From an uncultured Actinomycetes bacterium (GTDB lineage Bacteria > Actinomycetota > Actinomycetes > S36-B12 > UBA5976): 37,378 nt of DNA. A model generated the notes under the pieces. It was given only the letters and a program-made list of their open reading frames with translations, was not told the origin of the DNA and ran no database searches. Each line of letters starts with the position of its first letter. Position 1 is the stretch's first letter. This document shows, piece after piece, positions 36,814 through 37,378 of this stretch. The DNA lies in NCBI GenBank assembly GCA_937896305.1, contig CALBND010000098.1:1-37378 (forward strand), written 5' to 3'. The position numbers and the translations under genes were made by a program.

Positions 36814-37378
36814 ATGAACACCGAAGTTTTACCAGGCGATGAAGCCACATTCGTGGGATTAACTGTTGCCATGGTTGCTAGTCGAGTAGGAGTAGCTCCT
36901 GCAACTTTGAGAACTTGGGAACGCCGTTATGGCATGAGTCCTAGTCAAAGATCTGAAGGTGGCCATAGACGTTATTGCTCAACAGACATTGTGCGTTTAG
37001 AAATTATGCGACGCTTAGTTCTTTCAGGAATGCCAGCAGGAGATGCGGCACGAGCAGCTCTAGAATCTAAAATTCCTGATGTCTCAATGATTTCACCAGT
37101 TGATATTGAACAAATAGTTTTAAGAGTAAGTGAAATATTTAAAACTCTAGATTGTCACACCACTTCACTTCATCCAGGGGGTGGAGCAGTTTTATCAATA
37201 GCTGGATCAAATGCAATTGCTCGCGGATTATCAAAAGCTGCCTCATCTTTGGATTCAGAAAGTTGTAATCAAATAATAACTCAAAATATTAACGAAAAAG
37301 GCGTGGTATGGACTTGGGAAAATTTAATCTCTAAAGTCATATGCGCTCTAGGGGAACGTTGGGCAAAGACTGGTCAAG
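36814..37378 (+). CDS. MerR family transcriptional regulator (3' end outside window)
   Basis: Open frame from ATG 36814 to the window end (hand-translated, no stops). The N-terminal HTH LTVAMVASRVGVAPATLRTWERRYGMSP..GGHRRY matches the MerR signature. It is absent from the ORF track because it is truncated. Confidence 0.75.
   Translation, partial: MNTEVLPGDEATFVGLTVAMVASRVGVAPATLRTWERRYGMSPSQRSEGGHRRYCSTDIVRLEIMRRLVLSGMPAGDAARAALESKIPDVSMISPVDIEQIVLRVSEIFKTLDCHTTSLHPGGGAVLSIAGSNAIARGLSKAASSLDSESCNQIITQNINEKGVVWTWENLISKVICALGERWAKTGQ

Overview
The window is AT-rich but has clear actinobacterial signatures. These include a WhiB3/WhiD-type regulator, MoeZ, the alr-tsaE-tsaB-rimI-tsaD-groES-groEL block, and a GroEL1-type His-rich tail. 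This fits a genome-streamlined low-GC actinobacterium such as the freshwater acI/Nanopelagicales type, but that is inference only because no search was run.

Most of the window (1-23.4 kb) is tightly packed housekeeping. It holds infA-rpmJ-rpsM-rpsK-rpsD-rpoA-rplQ-truA, rplM-rpsI-glmM, glmS-acpS-alr-tsaEBD/rimI, katG and groES-groEL with a CIRCE operator.

The unusual part is a ~12 kb accessory metabolic block (24.0-36.3 kb) between groEL and the whiB3-like gene. It contains a HutC/GntR regulator co-transcribed with a CopC-domain protein. A plus-strand operon encodes an MtnA-family isomerase, a class II aldolase-SDR fusion, an RbsBAC-type ABC importer, an MtnK-family kinase and a SnoaL/NTF2-like protein. 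A convergent minus-strand operon encodes a split transketolase and a short, divergent form IV RuBisCO-like protein (RLP).

An identical 16-nt sequence, containing a perfect 15-bp GT...AC palindrome, sits in the same orientation in front of both operons. This argues that they form one regulon. I propose an undescribed import and catabolism/salvage route for a 5-substituted ribose (5-methylthioribose or 5-deoxyribose type) with two alternative C-C cleavage modules.

All family calls rest on by-eye motif recognition from the translations. No database search, alignment program or folding program was available.
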